Of a DNA stretch of 64,000 nt, positions 1-9,652 are shown one piece after another (positions within the stretch are counted from its first letter, which is position 1; the number at the start of each line of letters is the position of its first letter). Under the pieces are notes generated by a model. It had not been told where the DNA came from. It saw only the letters and a program-made list of their open reading frames with translations, and did no database searches. The stretch covers positions 1,760,001-1,824,000 of the forward strand of contig CBDCXM010000009.1 in NCBI GenBank assembly GCA_965223855.1, given 5' to 3'. This stretch comes from Candidatus Multivoradales bacterium (GTDB lineage Bacteria; Acidobacteriota; Thermoanaerobaculia; Multivoradales; JAHEKO01). A program made the translations under genes and the position numbers.

Positions 1-16
1 CTGTGGTGGTGCGGGA

Positions 17-1324
17 ATGGCTCTTCTGAGCCGGTTCGCACGGTCGGTGCCGGCTTGTCTGGTCGTCGCCGTTCTGCTCGGCTCGGCCGGCCCCGCTGCG
101 GCTCAGTTCTCGCAGTACGTGGCGCCGGGCCAGTTCGAGCCTCAGCGCGAACCGCTGGAGGAGAGACTCCGGGGGGCGATGCAGGAGTCGAAGTGGCGCT
201 TCGGCCGCTGGTACTTCGACCCGTGGGTCGGTCTTCGCAACATCTCACGCCAGGACAACCTCGGCGGTGCGGTCGACGGCGAGTCGGTGAGCGACCTCAC
301 GGTGACGGTCGGCGCGGGGGTGAGAGCCTATCGTCCGGTCGGCGGCGACATGACCTTCGCCTTCCACGTCCTTCCGGAGTACGTCTGGTGGCAGGAGCTC
401 AGTGAGCGTAGCCGCCTCAACGGCCGCTTCGGAGCCGGCCTGTTCGGCAACTTCGGGCGTATCGGCCTGGAACTCTCCGCACAGTTGCTCGAAGACGCCC
501 GGTTCTTCAGTCGTGAGGTCGAGGAACCCGTCAACACGAGTGACGAGCGGACTCGAGTAGCGCTCGAAGTGGAGCTGGGACGCGGAGCTTCGCTCTTCGG
601 CGAGGCGGGGCTGAGGACCCTCGAGTTCGAGAGTGAAGACGGTCAACGTCTGCCGCAAGTGTCACTCCTCGATCGTGAGGAGACGACGCTGCGGGCGGGA
701 GTGAGATACCGGTTCGGCGCCAACGCTTCGATCGGACTCGGAGTGCAGGAGTCGGACACGAAGTTCGAGGGCGCGCCGGCAGGACTCGACCCCTCGAACT
801 CGGGCAGCGGTCCCTTTCTCAACCTGAGCCTCGACCGGGAGCGTCTCTACCTGGCGGCAGACATAGCTACTCTCGAGTTGACTGCCGATCAGGGGCCCGG
901 CTTCGTCGACTTCGAGGAGACGACCGGTCGCGCGGCCGCGACCTTCCGGTTCAGCGCTCCGGTCGAGCTCGAGCTGTTCGCGGATCGCAATCTGGTCTAC
1001 TCCCTTCAGCCCGACTACGCGTACTTCCTGGACTCGCGCACGGGAGTGGGCCTCCAGGTGTCGCTGAGCTCGAGGTTCGGAGTGCGGGGCTACACCGAGG
1101 AAGGCGAGAACGACTACGAGCGGCTCTCGGCCGACGTGGAGGAGCGATCCGACGACGTGTCGTCCTGGGGCGTCGCGTTGAGCGTCGATCTGGGAAGGGC
1201 GCGCCTGACGATCGGCACCAACACGTCGACGTACACATCGAACCTCGCTCAGTTCGATCGCGACTTTCAGTGGACGACACTGTCGCTCGCTCTGAAGGGC
1301 GGAAGCGGCTCCCCTTGGGGGTAG
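17..1324 (+). CDS. Outer-membrane beta-barrel protein associated with the polysaccharide locus
   Basis: Sec signal peptide (…AGPAAA|QF); alternating hydrophobic/aromatic beta-strand pattern (VGAGVRAYR, LRAGVRYRF, VGLQVSLS); heads the EPS cluster. Confidence 0.6.
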   Translation: MALLSRFARSVPACLVVAVLLGSAGPAAAQFSQYVAPGQFEPQREPLEERLRGAMQESKWRFGRWYFDPWVGLRNISRQDNLGGAVDGESVSDLTVTVGAGVRAYRPVGGDMTFAFHVLPEYVWWQELSERSRLNGRFGAGLFGNFGRIGLELSAQLLEDARFFSREVEEPVNTSDERTRVALEVELGRGASLFGEAGLRTLEFESEDGQRLPQVSLLDREETTLRAGVRYRFGANASIGLGVQESDTKFEGAPAGLDPSNSGSGPFLNLSLDRERLYLAADIATLELTADQGPGFVDFEETTGRAAATFRFSAPVELELFADRNLVYSLQPDYAYFLDSRTGVGLQVSLSSRFGVRGYTEEGENDYERLSADVEERSDDVSSWGVALSVDLGRARLTIGTNTSTYTSNLAQFDRDFQWTTLSLALKGGSGSPWG

Positions 1325-1448
1325 GCGCGCCCCTCGACGCGGCCTGGAGGGCTCAGACCGCGGTGCCGGCAGTGGCCCGGGAGTCGAAGCCGGGTTGGGA
1401 CCCCCCAGGAGGCAGCGCCGGCGTGTCGTCGCACCGGCTGGCTCGTCC

Positions 1449-2426
1449 ATGACACTGGACCTCGGGCGTCTCGCAAAGGCGACCGTCAGGCTGTCCTCGG
1501 CGTCGCTCGCGGAGGCGATCGACCGGTGCGTCTCCCCGCGAGTGCGCTCCGAGGACGGGGCTCTGATCACCGGCTTCTGGCGTAGCGGGACGACCTGGCT
1601 CCTGCAGGAGTGGGCGAGCCGTCGGGTGGCGAAGTCGATCTTCGAGCCCTTCCATCCCAGGGCGGGGCGCTATGTCTCGGCCACCCGCGTCGCCGATTCG
1701 CTCGAGTCGTCGGAGCGCGCTCTCACAATGCCGTTCGCCGACTCGCACGAGAGTGTCGATCCTGACCTCGTGGAGGTGATCGAGCGGTCTCTCAAGGCGA
1801 AAATCGGCGGTCCCTGGGTGAGACGAGCCCGCCGGTCGATCCTGGAAGCCCCGAGGCGCCGAGTGGTTGTCAAGCTGGTTCTCGGGCAACTTTGCGCCGG
1901 GGCCCTGGCGGAGCGGTTCGGGGTGGAACATGTCCACCTCTGGCGCGATCCGAGGGCGGTGGCAGCGAGTCTGCAGCGGGGATCCTGGTGGCGTGGATGG
2001 CTGGATGGTGTCGCGCTCCGCCGGCTCCTGCTCGACCCCGAGGATGGTCGCCGCCGGTTCTTCGTGCGGTACGAGGCCCTGATCGACGACTTCGACCGTC
2101 GAGATGCTCTCGAGAGAGTCGTCTCTCTGTGGTGTCTCACCGAACTGTTCCTGGAGCGGGAGGGTGCCGCCATGCGCGCTTCGAGGACGGCCCTGAACTA
2201 CGAGGAGATCGCGTCGGACCCCGCCGCCCTCGATCGAGCGTTGGGAGGGAAGGCGCGGGTCTCACAGGGTGCTTCGCCGACGCCGAGCCCGACGACCGCC
2301 AGGGGCCGAGTCGCGCTGACAGCGGCCCAACGCCTGCTGGGGTGGCGCGAAGAGCTGAAGGCCTCCGAACGTGAAGCGATCGAAGGGGTGGTCAGGGCGT
2401 TCGAACTCGAGGAGAGGCTGTTGTGA
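1449..2426 (+). CDS. Sulfotransferase family protein
   Basis: PAPS 5'-PSB loop ITGFWRSGTTWL, FEP motif, 3'-PB motif HLWRDPRAVAAS, YEE; ATG at 1449 preferred over the track start 1395. Confidence 0.85.
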   Translation: MTLDLGRLAKATVRLSSASLAEAIDRCVSPRVRSEDGALITGFWRSGTTWLLQEWASRRVAKSIFEPFHPRAGRYVSATRVADSLESSERALTMPFADSHESVDPDLVEVIERSLKAKIGGPWVRRARRSILEAPRRRVVVKLVLGQLCAGALAERFGVEHVHLWRDPRAVAASLQRGSWWRGWLDGVALRRLLLDPEDGRRRFFVRYEALIDDFDRRDALERVVSLWCLTELFLEREGAAMRASRTALNYEEIASDPAALDRALGGKARVSQGASPTPSPTTARGRVALTAAQRLLGWREELKASEREAIEGVVRAFELEERLL

Positions 2427-3613
2427 AGCTCGGTCGCGCCCGCCGGCTCTCGTATCTGGCGCCCGGTGATCTCCTCAAGGGGCGGGTCGAACCGATCCTG
2501 TGGATGCGTAGCTGCCAGTGGCTGGCCGCAGCAGGTCTCGATGTCACGGTCATCTGGGCCTACGCGTATCGTGGAGAGAACATCCCGCTCAGATCGCTCT
2601 TCGGTCATTTCGGGGTCCCCGAGACGTTCGATCACTCCATGCTGCCGACGCCGCTCGTGGCAGGGCGCGGGCCCCGGTCGTGGACCCGGGCCTGGCTCTT
2701 CCTCGGCTTTCTTCTGAGACTCGCGCCGCAGTTCCTCGGGCGACGGCTCCCCGTGTACTTCTCGAAGGGGCAGATCTGCATGCGGGCGGTTCTCGCGCTG
2801 GAGCGAATGACGGGCCGGCGGGCCTTCAAGACCTTCGAGTTGCACTCGATCGGCTCGGATCGTCGCCTGGAGGCGATGTTGCGGCGAATGGACCTGGTGG
2901 TCGCCAACAGTCGCCTGCTGGCCGGCAGGCTCGAGCGGCTCGGTGTGGAGCCTGACCGGATCGTGCAGGTCTACAACGCGCCTTTCGCCGAGCCGCAGGA
3001 GTGGGATCGCGACGACGCCCGGCGCGAGCTCGGAATCGCCATCGATGCGAACGTCCTCACCTACTCCGGCAAGCTGACGTCCACGAATCTCCCGTTCCTG
3101 ATCGCCACGGCGAGAAGGCTGGTCTCGACAGCCGAGGTTCATGTCGTCGGCGGAAACCCCGATGTCCTCGTCGAGGCACGCCGGGAGGGTGGAAGCCTGG
3201 GCAACCTTCATTTCCACGGCTTCGTGGCTCCGGCGCGGTTGGGGGCTTACCTGAGCGCGTCCGATGCGCTCTTTTGCTCGTATCCCGACCGCCAGGTCAA
3301 CATCGAGCAGGCGACGCCTGCCAAGTATTTCGACTACATGCTCGCCGGCCGGCCGGTCCTGTGCTCGAGGAACACCGCGATTACGGAGATCTGGGAGCAC
3401 GAAAGAAACTGCCTCTTCTTCACCGCTGAGGACGCGGATGATCTGGTCGGCAACTTCGAGCGCCTGCTCGCGAGTCCGGAGCTCGGCGAGCGTCTGGTCG
3501 GCGCCAACCGGAAGTTGATCGAGCGTCTGAGCTGGGAACGCCGGATGGGCGCCATCGTCGAGCGGATGGCCGAACTCGGCGCGTTCGGTGGCGCGCAGGA
3601 GGGCGGGGAGTGA
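2423..3613 (+). CDS. Glycosyltransferase family 4
   Basis: GT-B C-terminal motifs HFHGFV…SDAL…PAKYFDYMLAGRPVL; GTG start overlaps the upstream stop. Confidence 0.85.
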   Translation: MKLGRARRLSYLAPGDLLKGRVEPILWMRSCQWLAAAGLDVTVIWAYAYRGENIPLRSLFGHFGVPETFDHSMLPTPLVAGRGPRSWTRAWLFLGFLLRLAPQFLGRRLPVYFSKGQICMRAVLALERMTGRRAFKTFELHSIGSDRRLEAMLRRMDLVVANSRLLAGRLERLGVEPDRIVQVYNAPFAEPQEWDRDDARRELGIAIDANVLTYSGKLTSTNLPFLIATARRLVSTAEVHVVGGNPDVLVEARREGGSLGNLHFHGFVAPARLGAYLSASDALFCSYPDRQVNIEQATPAKYFDYMLAGRPVLCSRNTAITEIWEHERNCLFFTAEDADDLVGNFERLLASPELGERLVGANRKLIERLSWERRMGAIVERMAELGAFGGAQEGGE

Positions 3614-4950
3614 GAGAGGACAAGTCGGCGGCTGTCGGCGACAACTCGCGCTCGATGGCGTCGAACCTGGGCGCCGTCGTCTCCGGGAGCTTCGTCCGTT
3701 CGGTCCTACTGGTCGTTCAGGGCCTGCTCGTCTCACGGTTCCTCGGAGTGAAGGGGTACGGAGAGTTCTCGATAGCTCTCGCGGTGGTCGCCCTCATCTT
3801 TGGCGTCCTCGACTTCCGCGTGCAGCATGCCGCCATCAAGTTTCTGAGCGAGGCCGAGACATGGCGGGCGATCGAGAGACGTCGGCTCGCGATGCTCTTC
3901 CTGTTCTTCGAGGTGGCGAAAGGCTGGATCGGGTTCGCGGCAGCGTTGGCCGGGGGTGCCGCCTACTCCGCCTGGCTGGGTCACGACGACGGCATGATGC
4001 CGACCCTCGTTGCGCTCGCCATCCACAAGCTCGCGATGACGGCGAATCCGACGCTCACCGCGTTCCTGCGGATTCGAGGGTTCTACCGCTCCATCGCAGC
4101 CTACGATCTGGCGTTCGGCGTCCTGTCGCTGGTCCTGGTGGTCGGCGCCGCGATGGAAGGGCGCAGCGCACTGGCGGTCGCGCAGGCCTATCTCTTGGTC
4201 GGCGTCATCGGTGGTCTCGCCAAGGTCCTCTGGACCTGGTGGCTGCTCAGGCCCGGAATCGGCGGTCTCGGTTCGCTCTCGTTGATCCGCTCCTGGCGAG
4301 AGGTGCCGATCGATTGGCGCGAGCTCGTGCGCTTCATGTTCGGTGTCAACCTGGCGGCGACCTTCAGACTGGCGGCGAGGCATCTCGATGTCGTGATTCT
4401 GGGCCGGTTCGTCTCGCTCGACGTAGTCGGTGCCTACTCGCTGGCTCGTCGGCTGAAGAACCTCTTCGCCTATTTCACCGATCCGCTTCTCGTCGTTCTG
4501 TTCCCCGAATTCGCGAAGGCATGGTCGAGGGAGAGGTTCGCGTGGATGGGAGAGGCGCTCAGGAGGTCGATCCGATGGGGTTTCGCGATCGGCTTGCCCG
4601 GCTTTGCAGCGCTGGCGATCGCCGCCTGGTACCTGGTGCCGCGATTCTTCGGAGCGGACTTCAGCCCGGCCGTGAGCCTGCTGTGGTTCTTCCTGCCGGA
4701 CGCCGTCGCCGGCGTGGCTTGCTTCGCGCTCCCGCATTTCGTCCTCGCGACCGGCGGCGCTGGTTCGACCGCCAGGGGAGCCCTCCTCAGGCTCATCGTG
4801 CTCGCAGTCGCAGGTGCGGTTCTGACGGCATTCTGGGGCGCGAAGGGGATGGCGGTCGCGGTCGGCCTCGCGACGATGGCCAATGTGGCGGTTCTCGCCC
4901 TGGCTGCCCGCGACGCGTTGCACCGTCAGTCGTCCCACGCGGCGGTGTAG
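3610..4950 (+). CDS. wzx: Wzx-type oligosaccharide flippase
   Basis: About 12 hydrophobic segments; SRFLGVKGYGEFS and LDVVILGRF…VGAYSLA motifs typical of MOP/PST flippases. Confidence 0.8.
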   Translation: MREDKSAAVGDNSRSMASNLGAVVSGSFVRSVLLVVQGLLVSRFLGVKGYGEFSIALAVVALIFGVLDFRVQHAAIKFLSEAETWRAIERRRLAMLFLFFEVAKGWIGFAAALAGGAAYSAWLGHDDGMMPTLVALAIHKLAMTANPTLTAFLRIRGFYRSIAAYDLAFGVLSLVLVVGAAMEGRSALAVAQAYLLVGVIGGLAKVLWTWWLLRPGIGGLGSLSLIRSWREVPIDWRELVRFMFGVNLAATFRLAARHLDVVILGRFVSLDVVGAYSLARRLKNLFAYFTDPLLVVLFPEFAKAWSRERFAWMGEALRRSIRWGFAIGLPGFAALAIAAWYLVPRFFGADFSPAVSLLWFFLPDAVAGVACFALPHFVLATGGAGSTARGALLRLIVLAVAGAVLTAFWGAKGMAVAVGLATMANVAVLALAARDALHRQSSHAAV

Positions 4951-4990
4951 TAGCCTGCGAGCAGCGGAGGGCGAGCGCCTCCCCGGAGCC

Positions 4991-5761
4991 ATGAACCACG
5001 CTTTCATCACCGGAATGGGCCGCTCGGGTACGAGCTTCGTGGCTCGTTGCCTCTCCGGCCTGCCGCACACCGACGTCGGGCACGAGAGGCTCGGTGATCG
5101 CGAGTTCTGGCTTCTGAGTTGGTATCTGCAGGGTACCGCCTATGCCACCACCTACCTCGAGCGTGAGCGCCGCCGCCTCGAGCCTTTCGGGGACGAGCTC
5201 TACGTCGACGTCAACGGCTACCTTCAGAACGCCGTACCGGCCCTGCGCGAGGTGTTCCCGGATTGCGAGGTGTTTCACCTCGTTCGCGATCCACGCGCCG
5301 TGGTTCGGTCGCTCTACTCACGGAGAGGCTCGAGGAGCGTGGACCTGGTCCCCCGTGACGATCCATCGATCCGCGACTGGTTGGGGGCGGACAAGTTCTC
5401 TCAGATCTGCTGGAACTGGGCATCGACCACCCGCCTCCTGCTCGAACAGGAGACGCGACTGATCCGGCTCGAGGACCTGACCGGTGACTATGAGCTGTTT
5501 CGTGACCTGTTGCTCGCGCCGCTCGGACGGGAGATGTCGAGAGAAGCCTGGGACCGGATCAGAAACGCCAGGGTCAACCGCACCCGATCGCCGCTCTACC
5601 GTCGGCTCTACGCCTGGCTGAAGGGCAAGGAGTACGTGCAGGACAGGCTGCCGCCCTTTTCGCGGTGGAACGACCGTCAGCGAGAGGTCTTCGAAGAGCT
5701 GTGTGGGGAGCTTCTGCCCGTGCTCGGCTACGACTCCCCCCACCATGGGGGGCCTCCATGA
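4991..5761 (+). CDS. Sulfotransferase family protein
   Basis: FITGMGRSGTSF, HE, HLVRDPRAVVRS, RLEDL; ATG 4991 preceded by GGAG. Confidence 0.85.
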   Translation: MNHAFITGMGRSGTSFVARCLSGLPHTDVGHERLGDREFWLLSWYLQGTAYATTYLERERRRLEPFGDELYVDVNGYLQNAVPALREVFPDCEVFHLVRDPRAVVRSLYSRRGSRSVDLVPRDDPSIRDWLGADKFSQICWNWASTTRLLLEQETRLIRLEDLTGDYELFRDLLLAPLGREMSREAWDRIRNARVNRTRSPLYRRLYAWLKGKEYVQDRLPPFSRWNDRQREVFEELCGELLPVLGYDSPHHGGPP

Positions 5762-6612
5762 GGGGGCTCGTGCGGCGGGTGCGCAAAGGCCTCTGGCAGC
5801 TGCACGCCTTTGCCCTCTCGCCTTCCCGCTGGCGGCTTCGCGTGGGCGGGCGCGGCAAGGCTCGTGTGGTCGTTACCAGCATTCCGAAGGCGGGGACCAA
5901 TCTCGCCCTCAGGGCTCTGTGCCTGCACCCGGAGCTCTACCGGCGGTTGCAGCGGACCGTCACCGATCCTTCGCTGCCCGGTGTGGAAGAGCTCCGGGCC
6001 CTGCTCGAGGCTCTTCGCGGCGGGCAGGTGCTGGCCACGCACCTGCGCTATTCGCGGGAGCGGGCGTCGGTCGTCGAGCGATGCGAGGTACGTCACGTCT
6101 TCGTCGTGCGCGATCCCAGGGACGTGGCCGTGTCGACGGTCTTCTACGCTCTGCGCGAGCGGAGGCATCCTCTGCACTCGTACTTCGCCCGACTGCCCGA
6201 CCTGCGATCGCGCCTCGAGGCGGCGATTCGCGGCGAACCGGCGATCGACTTCCAGTCCGCCGGCGAGCGATTGGAGGCTTCGGCCGGCTGGCTCGATCCT
6301 CCTACCCACGTCGTTCGCTTCGAGGATCTGGTCGGCCGGCGTGGCGGGGGTTCCGCGAACGCTCAGGCCGACGCCCTCGAAGGGCTGCTGGGTTTCGTCG
6401 GCGTTCGGAACGACGAGCCGACCGTGCAATCCGTCGCCGGGCGTCTCTTCTCGGGGGACACCCGGACCTTCCGCAAGGGGACGATAGGCCAGTGGCGCGA
6501 GCACTTCGACCGGGAGCTCGCGGAGCAGTTTCAGGCGGTGGCCGGCGCGCAGCTGGTTCGATATGGCTACGAGGCCGACGCCGGCTGGGTCAGAGCCGCG
6601 GGGCCGGCGTGA
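5758..6612 (+). CDS. Sulfotransferase domain protein (SULT-like)
   Basis: TSIPKAGTN, RDPRDVAVS, RFEDL, TFRKGTIGQW: all canonical sulfotransferase motifs. Confidence 0.9.
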   Translation: MRGLVRRVRKGLWQLHAFALSPSRWRLRVGGRGKARVVVTSIPKAGTNLALRALCLHPELYRRLQRTVTDPSLPGVEELRALLEALRGGQVLATHLRYSRERASVVERCEVRHVFVVRDPRDVAVSTVFYALRERRHPLHSYFARLPDLRSRLEAAIRGEPAIDFQSAGERLEASAGWLDPPTHVVRFEDLVGRRGGGSANAQADALEGLLGFVGVRNDEPTVQSVAGRLFSGDTRTFRKGTIGQWREHFDRELAEQFQAVAGAQLVRYGYEADAGWVRAAGPA

Positions 6613-7340
6613 GTGGGCGCGAAGGCGGCGCGCCGGCGGCCCGCTGGCATTCCCGGGTCGCCGAGCAGTTCGATGCCGGCTACGAGGAGGGTGGGCGCTT
6701 CCGCGAGCGGTTCGAGGTCTGGAGGGAGGTTCTCGAACGCCTGGGAAAACCGGGCGGGCGTGTCCTCGACTTCGGCTGCGGGTCGGGTCGCCTGGACCCG
6801 CCGCTGCTCGCGACGGGATGCCGGGTTGTCGGCGTCGACGGCAGCCCGGCGCTTCTGAACCTCGCTCGGAAGCGGGCCTCCCGTACCGCGGGCGACAGCG
6901 TCGACTGGATGTGCGCCGACCTCGCGACGCTCGATCATCGCGATCTCGGGAGATTCGATCTCATCGTAGCTTCCAGCGTCCTCGAGTACCTCGCCGAGCC
7001 GGAGGTCGTGCTCGGTCGGCTCGCGGCGATGCTCGAGCGTGACGGGCGCCTGGCGTTCTCGCTTCCGAACCGCTCCAGTCTCTACCGGGCTCTCGAGAGC
7101 GGCCTGTTCCGCTGCTTCGGCAGGCCCCGGTACCGCCGATATGTCCAGAGCCTGCCGTCCGGGAGGACGGTTCGTGGCTGGCTTTCGCGAGTCGGACTCG
7201 AGATCGACGAAGCACATTGGCTGGGGCCGACGCCGTTGCTCTCGGCGCTTCTCCGACCTCTCGGGCTCGCCCGGTACTCCGACAATCTCGTCCTCTATGT
7301 CTGCCGCGAGCAGGAGCGTTCGCCGCGGAGGATCGCCTAG
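6609..7340 (+). CDS. Class I SAM-dependent methyltransferase
   Basis: VLDFGCGSG, VVGVDGS, FDLIVASSVLEY; GTG overlaps the upstream TGA. Confidence 0.85.
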   Translation: MSGREGGAPAARWHSRVAEQFDAGYEEGGRFRERFEVWREVLERLGKPGGRVLDFGCGSGRLDPPLLATGCRVVGVDGSPALLNLARKRASRTAGDSVDWMCADLATLDHRDLGRFDLIVASSVLEYLAEPEVVLGRLAAMLERDGRLAFSLPNRSSLYRALESGLFRCFGRPRYRRYVQSLPSGRTVRGWLSRVGLEIDEAHWLGPTPLLSALLRPLGLARYSDNLVLYVCREQERSPRRIA

Positions 7341-7368
7341 CGCGTGCTAGCATCCGCGGCCGCCGTTC

Positions 7369-8865
7369 GTGGATGTTCCGATGTCCCTGTCCCGCAGCTC
7401 CAACAACGCGCTGGTCTTCGTGGTCGCCAGCCTTCTCGGCATCGTGGCGATCGTCACGGGCTTCTATCTGAAGGCCGGCACCGCGGTCGTTGGCTATGGC
7501 CTGATCGCGCTCGTGGTAGCCGCCTTTGCGCTCTACCCGAAGACGGCGATTCTCGTCAGTCTCGCCGCCAAGCCGATCATCGATCTCTTCTGGTGGACCA
7601 AGGGTGAGGGTCTTCTTTCGCCGCTCTTCATCGCCGGTGTGGCGGTGCCGATCCTCGGGCTCGTCGCAGCGCGGAGAGTCGCTGGGCGGTCGATTCGCCG
7701 TCAGGAGGACATGGTCGTCCTCCTCTACCTGGCGGTCTTCCTCTGTCTTGCACTCGCGCGTGCCGTCGCGAGCCCGCAGTATCTCGGCAACTCGATTCAG
7801 AGTTTCGCCAAGCTCGCTTCAGTCACGAGCTTCTACTTCATCGGGAAGTACTACTTCACGAGCCGCGAGGACCGGCGACACCTGCTGTACGCACTGCTGT
7901 TGTCGGGGGTCGGTCCTTTCGTGCTCACGATGGGTCAGAAGCTCCTCGGGTGGAACGTCACGAATTTCGACGAGGTGATCGCTACAGCCGGACGAGGCGT
8001 CGACACCGGGTTGGTTTCAGGCTTCTACATCACTGGTCGGTACGGTGCGCAGAGAATCTCGGGCGCCTACGAAGGGGTGTACACACTCGCGTTTCTCGGA
8101 GTCTTCGTGCTGCTGATGCTGCTGACCGCACGACTCTCGCGCGATTTCGCTTTCAAACCTTACTGGTACGGCCTGCTCGGTCTCGCGGGTTACTTCGTCT
8201 ACGCCACCTACTCGCGTTCGGCATGGGTGACCCTGGGGACGACGCTGCTGGTGCTGTTCCTGCTGAGGCGGGAACCCCGAAGGGCGATTGTGGTCGTCGC
8301 TGCCGCGGCTGCGGTCTATTTCCTCGTGGAAGGGGTGAGGCTGCGATTCGCCGATGAGCTGGGCGCGTTGACCGGAGGCGGGGAGTTCACCGACGTCGGT
8401 CGAGGTCGGGGTGGTAAGTGGATGACGCTGCTGCCGGTCTTCTTCCGTCGTGACCTGATCGACCAACTCGTCGGCACCTTCGGTGTCGGCAATCCGGAGA
8501 ACCAGTTCCTCAACGCCCTGTTCTTCTCCGGGTATCTCGGTTTCATGGCGATGCTGGGCATGATGATCTACTTCACCGTGAGGCTCGTGAAGCGGTTGCG
8601 TTCCATGGACCGCGACGCCTCTCTGGACACCAACGCGATGCTCACGTTCGGCTCCCTGATCGTCGCCTGTTACTGGTTTGCCGGTTGGGGCAACAACTTC
8701 CCCCTGATGATCTCCGTCCAGTGGGTGCTGTGGACGTGGACCGGGGTCATCGTCGGCAACACGGTCGCTTCGCGCCATCGAGTCGCCGACGTCCGCAGAG
8801 CAGCGCGGCCAGCACCTATGCGGCCGGCTCCGGTCGCGAGTTCTCGAGCGGCACCCCCGCTCTGA
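7369..8865 (+). CDS. O-antigen ligase / Wzy polymerase family membrane protein
   Basis: Multi-TM protein with TYSRSAW, periplasmic GR…W and ENQFLNALFFSGYLG (HN-type motif variant); start could be 7381. Confidence 0.75.
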   Translation: MDVPMSLSRSSNNALVFVVASLLGIVAIVTGFYLKAGTAVVGYGLIALVVAAFALYPKTAILVSLAAKPIIDLFWWTKGEGLLSPLFIAGVAVPILGLVAARRVAGRSIRRQEDMVVLLYLAVFLCLALARAVASPQYLGNSIQSFAKLASVTSFYFIGKYYFTSREDRRHLLYALLLSGVGPFVLTMGQKLLGWNVTNFDEVIATAGRGVDTGLVSGFYITGRYGAQRISGAYEGVYTLAFLGVFVLLMLLTARLSRDFAFKPYWYGLLGLAGYFVYATYSRSAWVTLGTTLLVLFLLRREPRRAIVVVAAAAAVYFLVEGVRLRFADELGALTGGGEFTDVGRGRGGKWMTLLPVFFRRDLIDQLVGTFGVGNPENQFLNALFFSGYLGFMAMLGMMIYFTVRLVKRLRSMDRDASLDTNAMLTFGSLIVACYWFAGWGNNFPLMISVQWVLWTWTGVIVGNTVASRHRVADVRRAARPAPMRPAPVASSRAAPPL

Positions 8866-8897
8866 GGGCCCCGCTCTGAGGGCCCGACTCTGAGGGC
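8856..8897. repeat. 14-bp tandem repeat x3 (CCCGCTCTGAGGGC) at a convergent gene junction
   Basis: Units 8856-8869, 8870-8883 and 8884-8897 (third unit CCGACTCTGAGGGC). Confidence 0.9.
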
Positions 8898-8914
8898 GGG
8901 AGTCGCCGCGGCGT

Positions 8915-9652
8915 TCAGCGCCGTCGCGCTTCGAAGACGAAGCCCAGGGGGTAGTGCCGGAAGTAGGCGATCCGGCCGGGATCCAGCCCGATGCGGATGC
9001 ACAGGTAGTAGAGAAGCTCCGGAGCCCGCAGCAGCGTGTGGACGAAGTCGCCCAGCCAACCCAGGTGGAGCTTCCGAGCCATCTTGGGTACGACGTTCGC
9101 AATCTTGGACCAGGCTGAGACCGCCACCCCGAACATGTCGCCGACGTACTCGATAGCGACGACCTCGAACCCTGCGTCCGAGAGCATCCGATCGAGACAG
9201 AAACAGGTGTAGCGGTGATAGTCGTGCGGTCGCTCGTGTTCGCCCATCGCGAACGGCACGGACCCGAGCAGCGTGCCTCCGGGTCGGAGCAGACGAGCGA
9301 CCTCACCGAGCACCGCCTTCGGTTCGTAGACGTGCTCGAGAACCTCGGTCATCAGGACGAAGTCGACCTCGGCGTCTGCCAGGTCGACTCGACCGTCGAT
9401 GATCGGCAGGTCGAAGCTTGCCGCGTGCGCCTGATTGGCCTCTGGATGATCGGCCGAGAGGTAGCGCTCGAATCGACGCAGCACAAGTCGCTCGTAGGGT
9501 CGGTCTCCCGAGCCGTAGTCCAGGGCGAGGCGTCCCGACTCGATCTGGTCGAATCTGCTGCTCCAACGCCGGAACTTCAGTACCCGCGCGACCGGATGGG
9601 CGAAGATCGAGTAACGGAAGCGACCGTTGCGCTCTTTCGGCGAGAGGCTCAT
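8915..9652 (-). CDS. Class I SAM-dependent methyltransferase (type 11-like)
   Basis: LDYGSGDRPY, TEVLEHV, RLLRPGG, SVPF…HERPHDYHRYT; ATG at 9652. Confidence 0.85.
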   Translation of the reverse strand: MSLSPKERNGRFRYSIFAHPVARVLKFRRWSSRFDQIESGRLALDYGSGDRPYERLVLRRFERYLSADHPEANQAHAASFDLPIIDGRVDLADAEVDFVLMTEVLEHVYEPKAVLGEVARLLRPGGTLLGSVPFAMGEHERPHDYHRYTCFCLDRMLSDAGFEVVAIEYVGDMFGVAVSAWSKIANVVPKMARKLHLGWLGDFVHTLLRAPELLYYLCIRIGLDPGRIAYFRHYPLGFVFEARRR

